Assembly (NCBI RefSeq): GCF_022539665.2
Contig: NC_081334.1
Span: 186,001-250,000 of the forward strand
Length of the DNA: 64,000 bases
From: Daphnia carinata
Taxonomy: Eukaryota
Reading direction: 5' to 3'
Part shown: positions 51,020 through 63,384 of the stretch, in pieces
Layout of the letters: the number at the start of each line of letters is the position of its first letter
Numbering within the stretch: position 1 is the first letter of the stretch
Position numbers and translations under genes: made by a program
Notes under the pieces: model-generated
The model's database searches: none
What the model saw: the letters and a program-made list of their open reading frames with translations, nothing else
Told to the model about the DNA's origin: nothing

Positions 51020-53530
51020 CGGTGCCGAAGAGAAGTGCGGTGCCAGTAAAAGTGTCCATCCCTGAAGCGGGAAATGACGCTATTATGTTACTGAGACCAT
51101 CGAAGAAGCTGTTGCAAAATAGTGGACTTTCGGCGGGCCATGCTCTCATCGACTGCTCGAAGCCAGAAGCAGTGGTTCACGTGATGAATGTTTACCATGT
51201 GGATCACGTGATCGTCGAGGGAACTTCCATCGGTCACCTAATGCCGATTGACCAGGCGAGCAATCTCTCGTTGGAAGAAAGTGAGGAGAGGGATGCAGCT
51301 AAAGAGGTCGGGGGCCGGTCGGGAAAACCGTGGAAACCAGCGGCGTTTGATCAGTGTGTAGCGTCAACTCTGGCGGCGCAGGATCGGAACGACCTAATTG
51401 ATCTGCTCACACAGTTTCAGGATGTGTTTGCGGACAGTGGGGAGTGCTTGGGCCAGTGTAATGTGCTCGAGCATGCGATTCCAACAGGTGGGGCAGCGCC
51501 GATTAAACAGCTGCCAAGGAGACGGGCATGGAGGGAGCGAGAATTGATTAAGGAAGAAGTCAGCAAAATGCTCAAACAGGGAGTTATAGAGCCGGCCCGA
51601 AGCCCCTGGTCGTCACCAGTCGTCCTAGTACGGAAAAAGGACGGAAAGTGGCGATTCTGCATTGATTACAGGCGGCTAAATGAGGTGACAACGAAGGATG
51701 TGTACCCACTCCCACGTATAGACGATGCTCTATCCAAACTGGAGGGAGCAGCTTTGTTTAGTGTGGTAGACCTACAAAGCGGATATTGGCAGGTCCCTGT
51801 TTCGGAAGCCGATAAGCCGAAGACAGCATTTGTTACACCTGACGGCCTCTACCAGTTCCGAGTGATGCCGTTTGGGTTATGCTCAGCTCCGAGCACTTTC
51901 CAACGACTGATGGACATGGTGTTGGCAGGATTAAAGTAGACCGATTGTTTGGTGTACATGGATGACGTGGTCATCTTTGGAAAAGACGCAGGGGAGCATT
52001 TGGAGAGACTGGGAAAAGTCTTGTCCTGCTTCCGGAAGGCCAATCTGAAGTTGAAGATAGAAAAGTGTGCCTTTGGGAACAAGCGTGTGAGAATGCTGGG
52101 CCACGTGGTAAGCAAGGCCGGAATAGAGCCGGATCCGGACCACTGTAAGGCCATTGAAATGTTCCCGGGGCCAAACCTCAATGCCAATGAGAAGGCAAAG
52201 AGAAAGTGGGTCAAAAGCTTTGTAGGCCTTTGTTCGTTCTACCGGAAGTTCGTGCCAAATTTCGCCCAGGTGGCGTACCCGCTTACGACAATGGAGGGGA
52301 AGGGTGTGTTTCGTTGGGGAGAACCGGAACGAAACAGTTTCGCCGAGTTGAAAGCTGCGCTGGTGAAGGCAGCAAAGCTTGCTCATCCAGACTATTGGAA
52401 ATTTTATGCTGAAGGAAGGCTTGCTGTACCTGAAGACGATCAGATTCGGTCAGGAATTCGACCGCCTCTGTGTGCCTCCGGAGCGGCGGAAGGAAGCGTT
52501 GTCGTGGGTTCATGATGAACCTACGGCAGGGCATCTGGGGCAAGGAAAGACCCTGGAAAAGGCTAGGCAAAGATTTTATTGGCCTAAAATGGACAGAGCT
52601 GTTACCCGGTATGTCCAGAGCTGCAAAAGCTGCCAGACGCGGAAGCCGGATCAGGGAAAGACGAAGGGTCTGATGGAGATCACACAGGTGGGAGGACCTT
52701 TCGAGAGGATCGGAATTGATGTCCCTGGCCCATTCCCACGATCCCGCAGTGGGAACACAAACATTGTGGTTGCAGTAGACTACCTTACAAAATGGATGGA
52801 AGCACGGGCTTTGCCGGATGCCACGGCCCGGCAAATCGCAAAATTCTTCGTCGAGGATGTCGTGCTTCGACATGGATTTCCACGGGAGTTGACTTCAGAT
52901 CAAGGGAAGTGTTTTACAGCCGCAGTCACCCGCGAAGTGTTGGCATTGCTGCGACTGTCGCATCGCATGACGGTGCCTTACCATCAACAAGCAAACGGCC
53001 TGGTGGAGAGACAGAACAAGACGCTAGCGACTTGCTAGCGATGTACGTGGATGAAAGCCACGAGGATTGGGACGAATTCCTCGGATTTGTAACCTTTGCC
53101 TACAACACTGCCCGACAGGAAAGCACCAACCATACGCCTTTTATGATGGTGTATGGAAGAGAGGCAGTGATTCCGGCGGATCTTCTGGCGGCGACAGGAC
53201 CAAACCAGCCAAAACTCGTCGACGCAGAAGACCTGATGAAGGCAATGATGGAGCTGAGAGAGGACGTCAAGGACCGGCTGGCCATAGTACAGCAACGGCA
53301 AAAGACGCAATATGATGCCAGAGCGAGTGTGCCACCAGTGTACGAACCTGGTGATTTAGTGTTAATCTTTCGTTCTTTCGTCCAGAGCGAAAGAAGGGGC
53401 TCGCGGAGAAGTTGCTGCATCAATACATGGGTCCTTATAAAGTGGTCAGACAAGTTACTGAACTAAACTATGAACTTCGGAAACCAAGTGGGAAAAAAAC
53501 TATTGTAGTGCATGTGTCTCAAATGAAGAA
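51010..53530 (+). pseudogene. pol (RT, integrase; RNase H deleted) of the env-bearing Gypsy
   Basis: WRFCIDYRRLN and YMDD, with a TAG at 51937. LAHPDY joins directly to FMLKEGLLY. Integrase HDEPTAGHLG..CKSC, VDYLTKW, SDQG, NGLVER and GPY motif. Confidence 0.92.
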
Positions 53531-53921
53531 GTTTGTAGTGAAATCGGACGACGAGTCCGATAGCGAAGAAGAAAGTGAGAAGGTAGTGGATGCCGAAACC
53601 GAGTCGGGTGTCGAGTGTGTTGACACCGGCTCGGGAGAGGCACGTGCCGAAATGGAAGCGGGTGGGGCGCGTGCCGATAATGACACGGGGCCGATACCCG
53701 AAGCTGACAGTGAAGTGACACCTGACACCGACCCTATTGGAGTAGCTGTGGAACAGCCAGCGAAAAGAGAAAGGGGGAGAGTGAGGCGCCGTCCATTGGA
53801 GCCGATCGCCGAACTGGACGAAGGCCTACAAGACGAAGGAGGTTCCGCAATGGACTCGGCGGCGGAAGCACCGACGGGTCGTCCTACCAGGAAGAAACGG
53901 GCACCCGGATGGATGAAGAAC

Positions 53922-55811
53922 ATGCTGTTCTTTACATTGGTCTGTGTCGTAGGCCAATTGGTTCAAGGGAACGAAATGAAGGGAAAATTCGTTGTTACCG
54001 AGGGTGCAGTGTTTCACCCCGAGGGTACTTTGGCACTGGGCGACTCAGAATGGGTTGTCATTTACGACGTGCCCACCAAGCGGGTGGAGCAGGTAATTAA
54101 ATTGGTTACCGCTTGGATAGACGATATGTCGAGTGCCTTCGGCAAAGCGGTAACGGGGAATTTCCCTATGGAAGTAAAACCGTTTTTGGAAGGTCCGGCG
54201 CTTGATTTGGCTGAAATCAAGGCAAGAGCGGAGCGTCGGAGGCGGGAATTCCGAGAACTAGAACGAGCTTTGAAAGGCGACGGAACCCGGCGGAAGCGCG
54301 GATTGATCGACGGGGGCGGCCAGCTTCTTAACTGGCTCTTTGGAACCGCCACGACGAAGGACTTGGAAGCCGTGCACTCGAAGCTCGAGTCATTCGACAA
54401 GAGGGGTCTGGAGGTGGTGCACCTGCTCCAGGAGCAAGCGACCTTGTTAAATGTGACTATGGGACACCTGGCGGAGCATGAGTCGGAAATCAGTGCTCTC
54501 ATGGCAGTGGCGGGGCAGATGCGTCGAGAACAGGCACAGCTGAGGAAGGTCTTCAATGATAGCTGGACTCACCTGGCTCGAGAGTTACTGTTCCTGCAAA
54601 AAGTAACAAGGTCTGTGGAGAAAGCAAATAGAGCGCTGGACTGGACGGCCGAAGTCCTACACGGTTGGCAAACCGGCCTAGCGGATGCAGCTATAGGGAG
54701 ATTGTCACCACTCCTTTGTCCTCCGAATGTACTGGCTCAAGCGCTGGATTCGGTTCGACAAGCTTTGCCCCAAGGCTGGGGACTAACACCAGCATTACAA
54801 GGAGGAAATGGCTGGAGAGCGTACCAGGAAGCCAGGGTGGAGGCGGCGCTTGTGAGTGGGAACGTTCGATTGTTTATTCATCTGCCGGTGTTCGAATTCA
54901 ATTACGCCTTGCAGATCTACAGTGTGTTTCCCATGCCAATAGCATCCAGCAAAGAGGAGTAAGTATCCCACTCCTACGAAGGTTTGGCCCCATACTTGGG
55001 AGTATCGCCAGACCGTCAACTGTTCGTCGAGTTCAACGTCGACGAGGCCCGAAGATGTGCACCCTACATGGGCAGTGTACGCCCTTTCCTGAAGCCTATC
55101 GATCGGAAAGGGAGGATGAAGAGCTGCGCAGCGGCAGTCTTCCTGCAGGAGCCGGAAGGGATTCAGAGGAACTGCCGTTTAGACAGTAAAAAGTGGACCG
55201 GTATTGACCTGTTTTACATTGGAGGAAGAAAATGGGGTTACGCAGGAAAAAATAATGTAACCATAGTGCTTCAGTGTCCTGGGAAAAGAATAGGGGGAAT
55301 AGGCCTACCGCAAGTGCTGCCGGCAGCGGGAGTAATAAAAATTCCAAGATTGTGTTCGGCAACGTCGGACGATTGGGTCCTACAAGCAAGCTTTAGACAA
55401 ATGTTACCGGTGAATGTGACGAGTGTCATCGATGAGGAGGCCGCCGGGATGCTGAGCGGCCTACTAGCACCAGTCCTGGAGCAATCGCAACCGGTGGTAA
55501 AGAGTTCCATCATGGAGGAAGCGCCAGCCGCCCTTCGAACGCCTACGCGGATAGACCTAGCAGGAGCGAGCTCACATCTGAAAGCAGTGGAACGTCTGCG
55601 GCGCCAGTGGGAAGAAGAAGGGAACGCCAAGCGCTATCCTTTCGAATGGTTAATTGGATGCCTGTTCCCGGTGCCGCTGCTGGTGTACCTATGGTTCGAG
55701 TATCGGAGGCTGAGCAGTCACGTGGATACCCTATTGGTGGATCGTCTTAGGCAGGTGCGGGAGTCAAGAGATGAAGATCAAGGCGAGCCCGGCCCGCATG
55801 CAGTGGAGTGA
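53922..55811 (+). pseudogene. F-type (baculovirus F / errantivirus-like) envelope glycoprotein
   Basis: Signal-like MLFFTLVCVVGQLVQG, furin site RRKR (54288-54299), fusion peptide GLIDGGGQLLNWLFG, heptad region, Cys-rich segment and C-terminal TM (WLIGCLFPVPLLVYLWF). One in-frame TAA at 54960-54962. Confidence 0.88.
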
Positions 55812-56475
55812 TTGTCTCCGTTAAATTTCAGTTACTTTGCCCTATGTTAAAGTAGTGAGTATGGCCTGTATGTGTTAGCCATTTAGAATCTATTAGTGAA
55901 GCATGGGCATTCTTTATGTCATTCCCTAGGAACCCGTTTCTGTAGGTAGGAGGGGGGATGTAGCGCCAATGTACTTTGGCGCTTAGCATCAGATGCTAAG
56001 TGGCCTAAATGTGCGATGTCAATGGACTTTACCAATCTGGCCGGATGTCATAGGCTTTAAGAGCCCGTCTGCGGCCGGCTAAAGGGGCAGTCCAGTGTAG
56101 TAAGTCTGTGTAGCTGCAAGCTGTATTAGTGCTGTTGTCGTGTAGTGCTGTCGTGTAAAGCTGTAACCTGTCTACGAATACATAAATCCAGTGAAACTGT
56201 TACAATAATATCATTTTAAAATACCTTTTAAAGCTGTTTGGTTGAATTAGGGCCCAAAAGGTATTTTTTTATTGCTTGTTGCTATGCTCCCCGAGCCAAA
56301 ATGATCCCATAATGAGGCAGAAATTTCCACTCAACACAATCGGTAAGTCCAACGGACAGTTTCATTAACATGTACATTTCAGCAAATACTTAGCATGTTC
56401 TTCTTTAAGGTATTGATGGGATTCTTGGTGGTCAATGGTTACCTAATATTCCTCGTTTTCACACAAACAACTCAA

Positions 56476-57767
56476 ACAACTCTTGACGTTTTAGCAAATG
56501 TTTTTAAAGACAATTTGCTACCTGTTCTTTTATCAGTTCTGAAGGATACGCTTTTCTGTGTGGATTGGGAGGAATTTTGGCACTTCAAGCGATTACCAAA
56601 TGTATCCACTTTTATTGTTATTACGATTGGTTTATTGGTACCAACATTATCTGCTTTTGTAGGTTGCATGACAGGAATGGTAGCTCACCTTATTCTTGCG
56701 CTAGTCCCCTTCTTAATTAACTATCTCAGAGAAAAAAGCGTTGGTCCGTGCCATATCACTTGCTGGACTCTTAAGTTGCGATGCTCATTCGGTTGTAGGT
56801 CAACCACACAATCACTGTTTAAAACCGCTAATGACTGAGGTTGCTACAATTAATAAAAAATTTCTCTAGTTTTATCCTTTAAATTTTTAAATATTATCCT
56901 ATAGTTTCTGAAACGGATCCTGAATGGCAACAAGCGAGTTCAACAGGCCGCTTGTTCAGCTTTTTCCACTCTTGAGGAAGAAGCATGCACAGAATTAGTA
57001 CCTTACTTGGGCTTTATTCTGGAAACGTTTGTCAACGCTTTTAGCAAATATCAGCATAAGAACTTACTGATTATTTTCGGCGCTATCTGCATGCTATAGC
57101 AGACTCTGTGGGGTCACCATTTGAACAAGCTTGACTACATCAATCTCCGCACGCCTACCCTAATCACGAAGTGGGACGTGCTAAAGGGCGAAGATCTCTT
57201 TCCATTACTTGAAGTACCGCATTGCTGTCTAATTGTCTTCTCATTGCAAATCTCTACTTTCTCGGTCTCATTTTAGTGTATATCCAGTGTGGCAACAGCA
57301 TTGAAGTCTGGATTTCTTCCCTACCGCGAACAAGTACTTCGCCGCTACGTTTAGTGTAGCAGACACTAAATCAGCACATTGTACGTGCCTTAGTCGCAGC
57401 AACTAATTCTTACAGTAATAATACTACCTTAACAATTATTATTTTTCCAATAAATTAACAGGCTAGTATGCAACAATCCGATCAGTTTTAAGCAACTGAC
57501 AAGGACTTCATGATTGCAGTACTTGATCTCTTGTCCGGACTAACAGAAGGTCTATGCGGTTATATTGAACGTCTTTTAGTCGCGTCAAATATTATGCAGC
57601 TTCTTTATCAGAGCATGCAGGTGTGTTCTACCTACTTTGTTGACACATATATAAAATATTAAAACCTTCATTCACACACAACAAGGATCCCATGCCTGAG
57701 TTTGCCAGCCGTTTACTTTGTTGGGTGATTTATAAGAGCTGGTTTTCAACGTGTTCTATCATGGCTA
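56476..57767 (+). pseudogene. TNPO1: Transportin-1 (karyopherin beta-2) internal fragment with introns
   Basis: [90 protein letters not shown] and DPMPE. Frameshifted. Confidence 0.92.
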
Positions 57768-58222
57768 CGTATGTTCAAAATTGAGTAAGATTTGATGACA
57801 TAAATATATCACAATGTGTTATGTAATGTCTTTAACATTTTGTCATGTCATTTGCCGTGGTCTAATTTTTAATAAAATAATTTTTTTTTACGAGAGTTCA
57901 AATTTATAACGAACATTTTTACGTATGGTCATCCTTAACAAAGCTTTTTCATGATGAATCCTAATCTAAAAGGCCTTTTCGAAAACGATTTAAAACATGG
58001 TTAATTTTTTTTTAAACAATGTTTATTTCGGAAAAAGAAATAATATTTGAAACTCTTCTTTGCTGTTGTAGGGACGTCCTCAGGACCTTGTTTTGGCACC
58101 TCCACCGGGCTTCAATTCTAATAGCCGACGGACATCCATGGAACAACCCGATATGGCGCAGGATATCTAACGGATGTTCGGATCACAGTCGGACATCCGA
58201 CGGCAGAGTTGTGCTATGTGGG

Positions 58223-58490
58223 GAATTGTTCAGTCATGAATAGGTCAATTTTTAAATCCCACATCTCTGATCAGCTTTTCTGTTCCCTACAATCAATGGA
58301 AATAGGAGACATTATTAAAAGGATCAATAGTTATTAACACTTTGCAAAATGTCGACCACAGACATAAAATACAACTAGAAATGATACACAGTGAGAACCT
58401 GAAGTTGCTAGACACACTTCAACCTTCCAACATCCACAAACGAATGTCTGTTTGTGGAACGTTGAGCCACCAGCACAGCCTTGTAATTGA
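58223..58490 (+). repeat. Dispersed repeat (right half, continuation of 45051-45433)
   Basis: Matches the reverse complement of 63385-63640. Confidence 0.88.
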
Positions 58491-58859
58491 CGACCATTGC
58501 GCCATTTTCGGTCTCTTGTCTCCTGGTTTCCAATGGAAACGCAGGAAAAGGGATATCAAACGGAATAACCAAAGGAAGGGTAAGCATCCGTTTTTGTTTG
58601 TTATACAAGTTGTCACGAAGTTATTGGCCAGAACGTAACATTGTAAATGGGCATAGATGATGCTTTTCGTTGACGATATTTGTAAACGATATGGAAAATT
58701 CCGTAATAGTTCGTGTTTACTAAAAATGTAGTTTAAATAGCTTACGCTCTTTTTTGTACTACCATTTACCTGTAATGATATTTGATTGGAACTGTAAAGC
58801 ATTCTTTTAGCAATTGAAAGGATGGCTTTACGTTATTAAGACAAATAGTAATAAAAAAT

Positions 58860-58960
58860 GAACTCGGGAGGCAAGAGAACTGAAGGGAATGAGAACTAGA
58901 ACTGGAACTGAAGAGAACGAGTCAGAGCGAGAGAGAACTAAGAGAACTAACTTTTGGGAA
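58860..58960 (+). repeat. Purine-rich GAACT(A/G) short tandem repeats
   Basis: Repeated GAGAACT/GAACTG units. Confidence 0.55.
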
Positions 58961-59435
58961 CGAAAGGGCATCCTTTTATAGATTTTACATGTTGAGGGAA
59001 ACATAGCATTTCCGACAGATGAGCTCCGGATATAAGTTATTGAATATCTCACGCATCAACTTTTCATATTCACGGAAATGTATGGCGTGATGTCCTACGC
59101 ATGTAGAACATCCAATCAACAACAAGTAGGATGTAAAGTATAATATAAAAATAGAATTCAAGGAAATGTCAATGACACTTGAATTACTATATTTATAGTG
59201 TATACTTTAAAGATAATGAATAACAAACAATTTATATAATTTTAATATAAAGAAAACAAACAATGAAGATAAAATGTAATTAAAAGTTGTATTTTGATGA
59301 CTTCGTTACAGAACCAGCAGAAAAACAGTGAGCAATTAAGCGCGACGTCAGGCAATAATAAAAACAGGACTTTCCTTTACCGACACACTTTGTTTGCTAT
59401 TACCAACTCGGTAATCGCCAGCAAAACTGAAATAA

Positions 59436-59494
59436 TGCACTAACTGGGAAACGAAACCTGATCACTGGCACGAGAGGCACGCATCCATCGATGC
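59436..59494 (-). pseudogene. Highly degenerate tRNA-Gly-like relic
   Basis: Resembles 44907-44977 (TGCA..ACTGGGAA.CGAA.C..GATCAC..GAGGC.CGCAT..CCATC.ATGC) with the D arm deleted. Confidence 0.55.
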
Positions 59495-61508
59495 TTGTCA
59501 TGTTTGCCAGAACTGAATTTTTTTGTTACAGGAAAAACATAAAATGTGATCTTGAAAAACACAGGGTAATTGAAAATCGTATCTTTACCCATCGATTGGA
59601 ACTAATTGCCGTCGGCATTTGGTTACTTTTTCGTATTCTGAGCAAAATAATTGCCATCTATAGCGGCTGACTGGCGTATTATCTCAAAATAATTTTATCT
59701 CTTTTAACTTCTTTGCATATTGCCGCCGTAGAATGTAGAAGTTAGGGAAACAGCCGTCTAGCTATTTTCTAGGTAAAGTTTCATGCAGCGATTCGGCCAC
59801 AGGAATCAGCAGCTTACAGCCACTTCAAGATCGAAAGTAAGTGCATTTCAACGGCCGTGTTATCCTTTTTCCCATCGCCGGAGAACGGCATAATCTGACG
59901 GACGAGCTGGCAGTCTCGTCCGTGGGCTGGCTAGTTATAGAACAATTAATTTCCTACATTAAATAAATTGTAAACTGTGGAAACTGGCCACTATGACAGA
60001 ACTGACGTTGGCGATAACTTTTCCCAACGTAACCAATATGAATGTTGTTCGAATGCTGATTAGTCTCGTCAATCTTCAAACTGATAGGTAGCAAGCGTCA
60101 TCAAGTCTCTTCTGAGGTACGTAAAGTAATCCAGCAAAATGTAACAAAACAAGTGAAAATTAAGTTTTCTGGGTATAGGTGCGTAAACTTGAGATTAATA
60201 AGGGAGGCTACGAATAAATGTTCACCTGCTACATCAGTGAGGTATGTGTGAGATCACTGTACATTGTGGAAAGACTGTGAAATCCTTTTAAACGTCTAAT
60301 GGATAACGTTTAAAATCTAATGCGATAAGTTGCTATTGTTTCCTCTTCTAGTTTACCGTCCGCGTTGCATCGATGACCGTCGACGTTCTTATAAACGTAG
60401 TATATTGTGGTCCACATCGCTTACGACGGAAATGGGACCTACGTTAACGAAAGGCCAAGATACGAAAGGAAATGTTGCAATTAGAGATAGTATCAATAAT
60501 GATGTGCACCCATCCATACCCTGATGGGAGCTTGTCTACCTGCAGCTTTCGAGCTACAGATCAGACAAACCCCTACTTCAGAGTTACATACCCGCTGATC
60601 GGAGAACGAAGACTTCAGGAGTACACAACCGCTAACAGGGGAACCCTGGTTGGATTAGGCGAAGACTTCGGAATTACATAGATGCCAGTAGGAAAATGAG
60701 GAGAGTCTCCGAAGAGTCTCTTTTTGCCTTGCAAGTTTGCTACCCTCGTTGAAAGATTTAATTCGGAAACACAAAATTTAACTGGGACAGTGTGTGTATC
60801 ATTCGGTTAGAGGCAGAAGCAATAGCAAAGCAGCCAGAAACCAAATGAATGACAATATCGGCCTCGAAGAGGGAAAAAAAAGGAGGTTATTGTTAAAACA
60901 TGCCTGTCGAGCTTTTATTCAAATTCATTTCCAAGGAATAAGGGGAAAGAGGGTTTCATATAAAAATAGCTGCAATCACAAGCCTGCCAATCACAAAGAA
61001 AAATCATTAACTAAATTTAAAGAAAAGCATTTCACAACCCCAAATAGTAATGACAACATCGAAAAAGTCGGATAAATAATCTTTGGGTGTCATAACCTGG
61101 CAACATAACAGAACTATACAGTCGGCTATGTTGAAAGAAGAGGCAGTTTCTTATTTTTTATTTATTCGCTATTTTTTTTTAATCAAGAGTGGCGATACAA
61201 CATAAAAAAACCAATAAAAAAATAAAAGGAAAAAATAGTAATCAGGTAAACTCAATGGCAAAAAAAGAAATGCTGAAAAGAAAAAAAAACACGAAAAAAA
61301 TAACAGCTCCAACGTGCAGGTTGGAAAACGAAAGCTGTCAAATGCAAACGAGCCACGCCCTTTTGCTTATGTTATCGATTCCAGTGTTTTGATAGATTCA
61401 AATAAATGTTCTTGTGTAGATCATGCTTTTGGTAAAGGACAGCAGACCTTGCACATCGATTTTCAAGCTATAGGAATTACATTAAACGAAATAGAATAAA
61501 AGCTTTTA

Positions 61509-63206
61509 CCGGCTTCTCTTTCTCCGTAATCGGCCATGGAGTCATTATCTTGTTATCTTCGCTCTCGGGTGGCATTTTGGCACCGCTGTTCAACGACGCT
61601 TTGCTGGGCGCCCGATTGCTACCGACTCTACACGAGAAAACAAACCATTTGCATACCACCAACTCGAAATTGCGTTATAAATCATATGCTTCGTTAACGT
61701 ACGGTTGAGAGTATTCATGGAATCCAGCATCTTCGTTGAAATCCTTGCGACCGTGAGTGGCCTCCCTCTCATGGACGGCGTACTTTCCACCTCTGTTTCA
61801 CTTGATAATGCAGGCGAGGACCAAGACCAAGAGCAACCATGCAAGGGCCAGCATCATACCGATAAACCATCGGGTCGAAGCTACAGCGGATGATCCTTGG
61901 ATGTAAGGTCCATCTGGACATTTTGAAAATCCATTGACATTAAAGACAAATGTTATGTGAATTTTGTTACAACTTTATGGCAACTTACCGGCGTACATCT
62001 CCACCTCTTCGGGGTCACTTTCGGTAAAGTAATCACCGTCGACGACAACGGCGCGGATCTCGTACAGTTGATTGGGTTCCAGGCCGCGTAAAATGGTGAA
62101 ATTTTCGTCAAACTCATCTTCGCTTTTAATGTAGATGGTCTCGCCCTTGCGTCTGAACTGGACGAAACAGTGAGATCCCGGTTGGCCATCGACATTCGGA
62201 TGCCAGACGACTTTGATGGCCGCCATACCGTTGTCCAACGTAACTTGGTTCCATGTGAATTGAGGCTGATCGGGTGGATAGGAATTGCCATTGCGAGTGC
62301 TCCTTTCAATGTAACTTTGGAAATGCACAAAAACATTAGCCATCTCCATTTTCTTTTAAATTTTTTTTTTCAAAAAATGAACTTACTCTTCACCCTCGCC
62401 AGCGATAGTCATAGCTTTAATGTGAAGGCGGTATTTCGTGTTGGGTTCGAGACCGGCCAATTTGGCTCGCGTCTGCGTCGGGTCTCGGATTGGCGGTTCC
62501 CTATCGATCTGGGGTTCAATTTTCGTGCCTTCTACTTTCTCGTAAAAAATCTTATAACCACGCAGATTGCCGTTGGGTTCTTCAGGTTGCTTCCAGATCA
62601 AATAGAAAGCTGAGGAACCAAGGGGAGCAGCTTCAAAATAGTCCACTGGTCCAGGCCCTAGAAAACAAATGAATTTTTCTGTTGTTTACATTCGTGCGAT
62701 TGTCAGGTCATTCAAAACGTGATAAAGAAAAAGAAACATACTTTCTTCGGGCGTCTTGAATGAAAGAATGTCACTGGCCGGACCTCGGTAAGCCGAGTTA
62801 ATGACGTGTACGAGATTGACCGTATGCGGCCAAATGACCAACTTGTTGACGAACGCCTTCGATGCGTTGCTGATCATTTCACGAGCCCGAATTTCTCCTT
62901 CCTTCTCTGTCCACGTTTCGATTTTCTAACCTTTGAAGTGACCTATGTAAAAAAAAAAAAAAAAAAAAATCGATAGAAAAAAAAGCTTGTTAGTATTTTT
63001 TTAAAAAATGACCCTTAGGGAGCGATTAGTTTTTTACCTTGCACAGAGTCCGTGTTGACTGGATTCCACGAAAGGATGGCGCTTTGTTCGTCAATAATTT
63101 GGTTCAACGTGAAATTGGACGGTGCCTCTCCAGCTCTTCTCCAGAGTACCCGGTATCTTCTTGAGCTGCCACGTTGGCTTCACCAACCTGATTGAACGCC
63201 ACGACT
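61509..63206 (-). pseudogene. Nrg: Neuroglian (L1CAM family) C-terminal fragment
   Basis: FN3 exons (WKQPEEPNGNLRGY..LAGLEPNTKYR; LRGLEPNQLYEIRAVVVDG), TM WFIGMMLALA, NRGGKYAVHERE..FHEYSQP and DSMADYGE. A TGA follows the TM, and there are frameshifts. Confidence 0.9.
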
Positions 63207-63384
63207 GGAAATACAAAAGAGAGAGAAAGAGTTTGAACGACATCCAATTTTTCAATGAATAAATAAATGAATTTTACCTTTGATACGATAGCGTTTGAAA
63301 GTGGGTTGATTCGGTATGAGGATGGATAACTGTTTCCAGTCGGAAATCATATCGATGTTCCAGTCTTCTCCAGGTATGATAGGC

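Larger units (their letters stand above)
48218..56204 (+). mobile_element. env-bearing Ty3/Gypsy LTR retroelement (endogenous retrovirus-like)
   Basis: 246-bp LTRs 48218-48463 and 55959-56204 (6 substitutions), TSD ATAA, PBS TGGTGGAGATGC (tRNA-Ala type) and PPT AGGTAGGAGGGGGGA. Domain order gag-PR-RT-IN-env. Confidence 0.97.
45434..58222. mobile_element. Non-autonomous CACTA/EnSpm-type (CMC) element with captured cargo (Pack-type)
   Basis: TIRs CCCACATAGCACAA / TTGTGCTATGTGGG and GGACATCC/GGACGTCC subterminal repeats at both ends. 2-bp TSD GA. The empty site CAGCT-GA-ATTGTTCAG is seen at ~63630-63645 on the minus strand. Confidence 0.85.

Noticed and set aside
59800..61200. Neuroglian terminal FIGQY exon
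   Set aside because: No recognisable FIGQY-coding exon was found by inspection.
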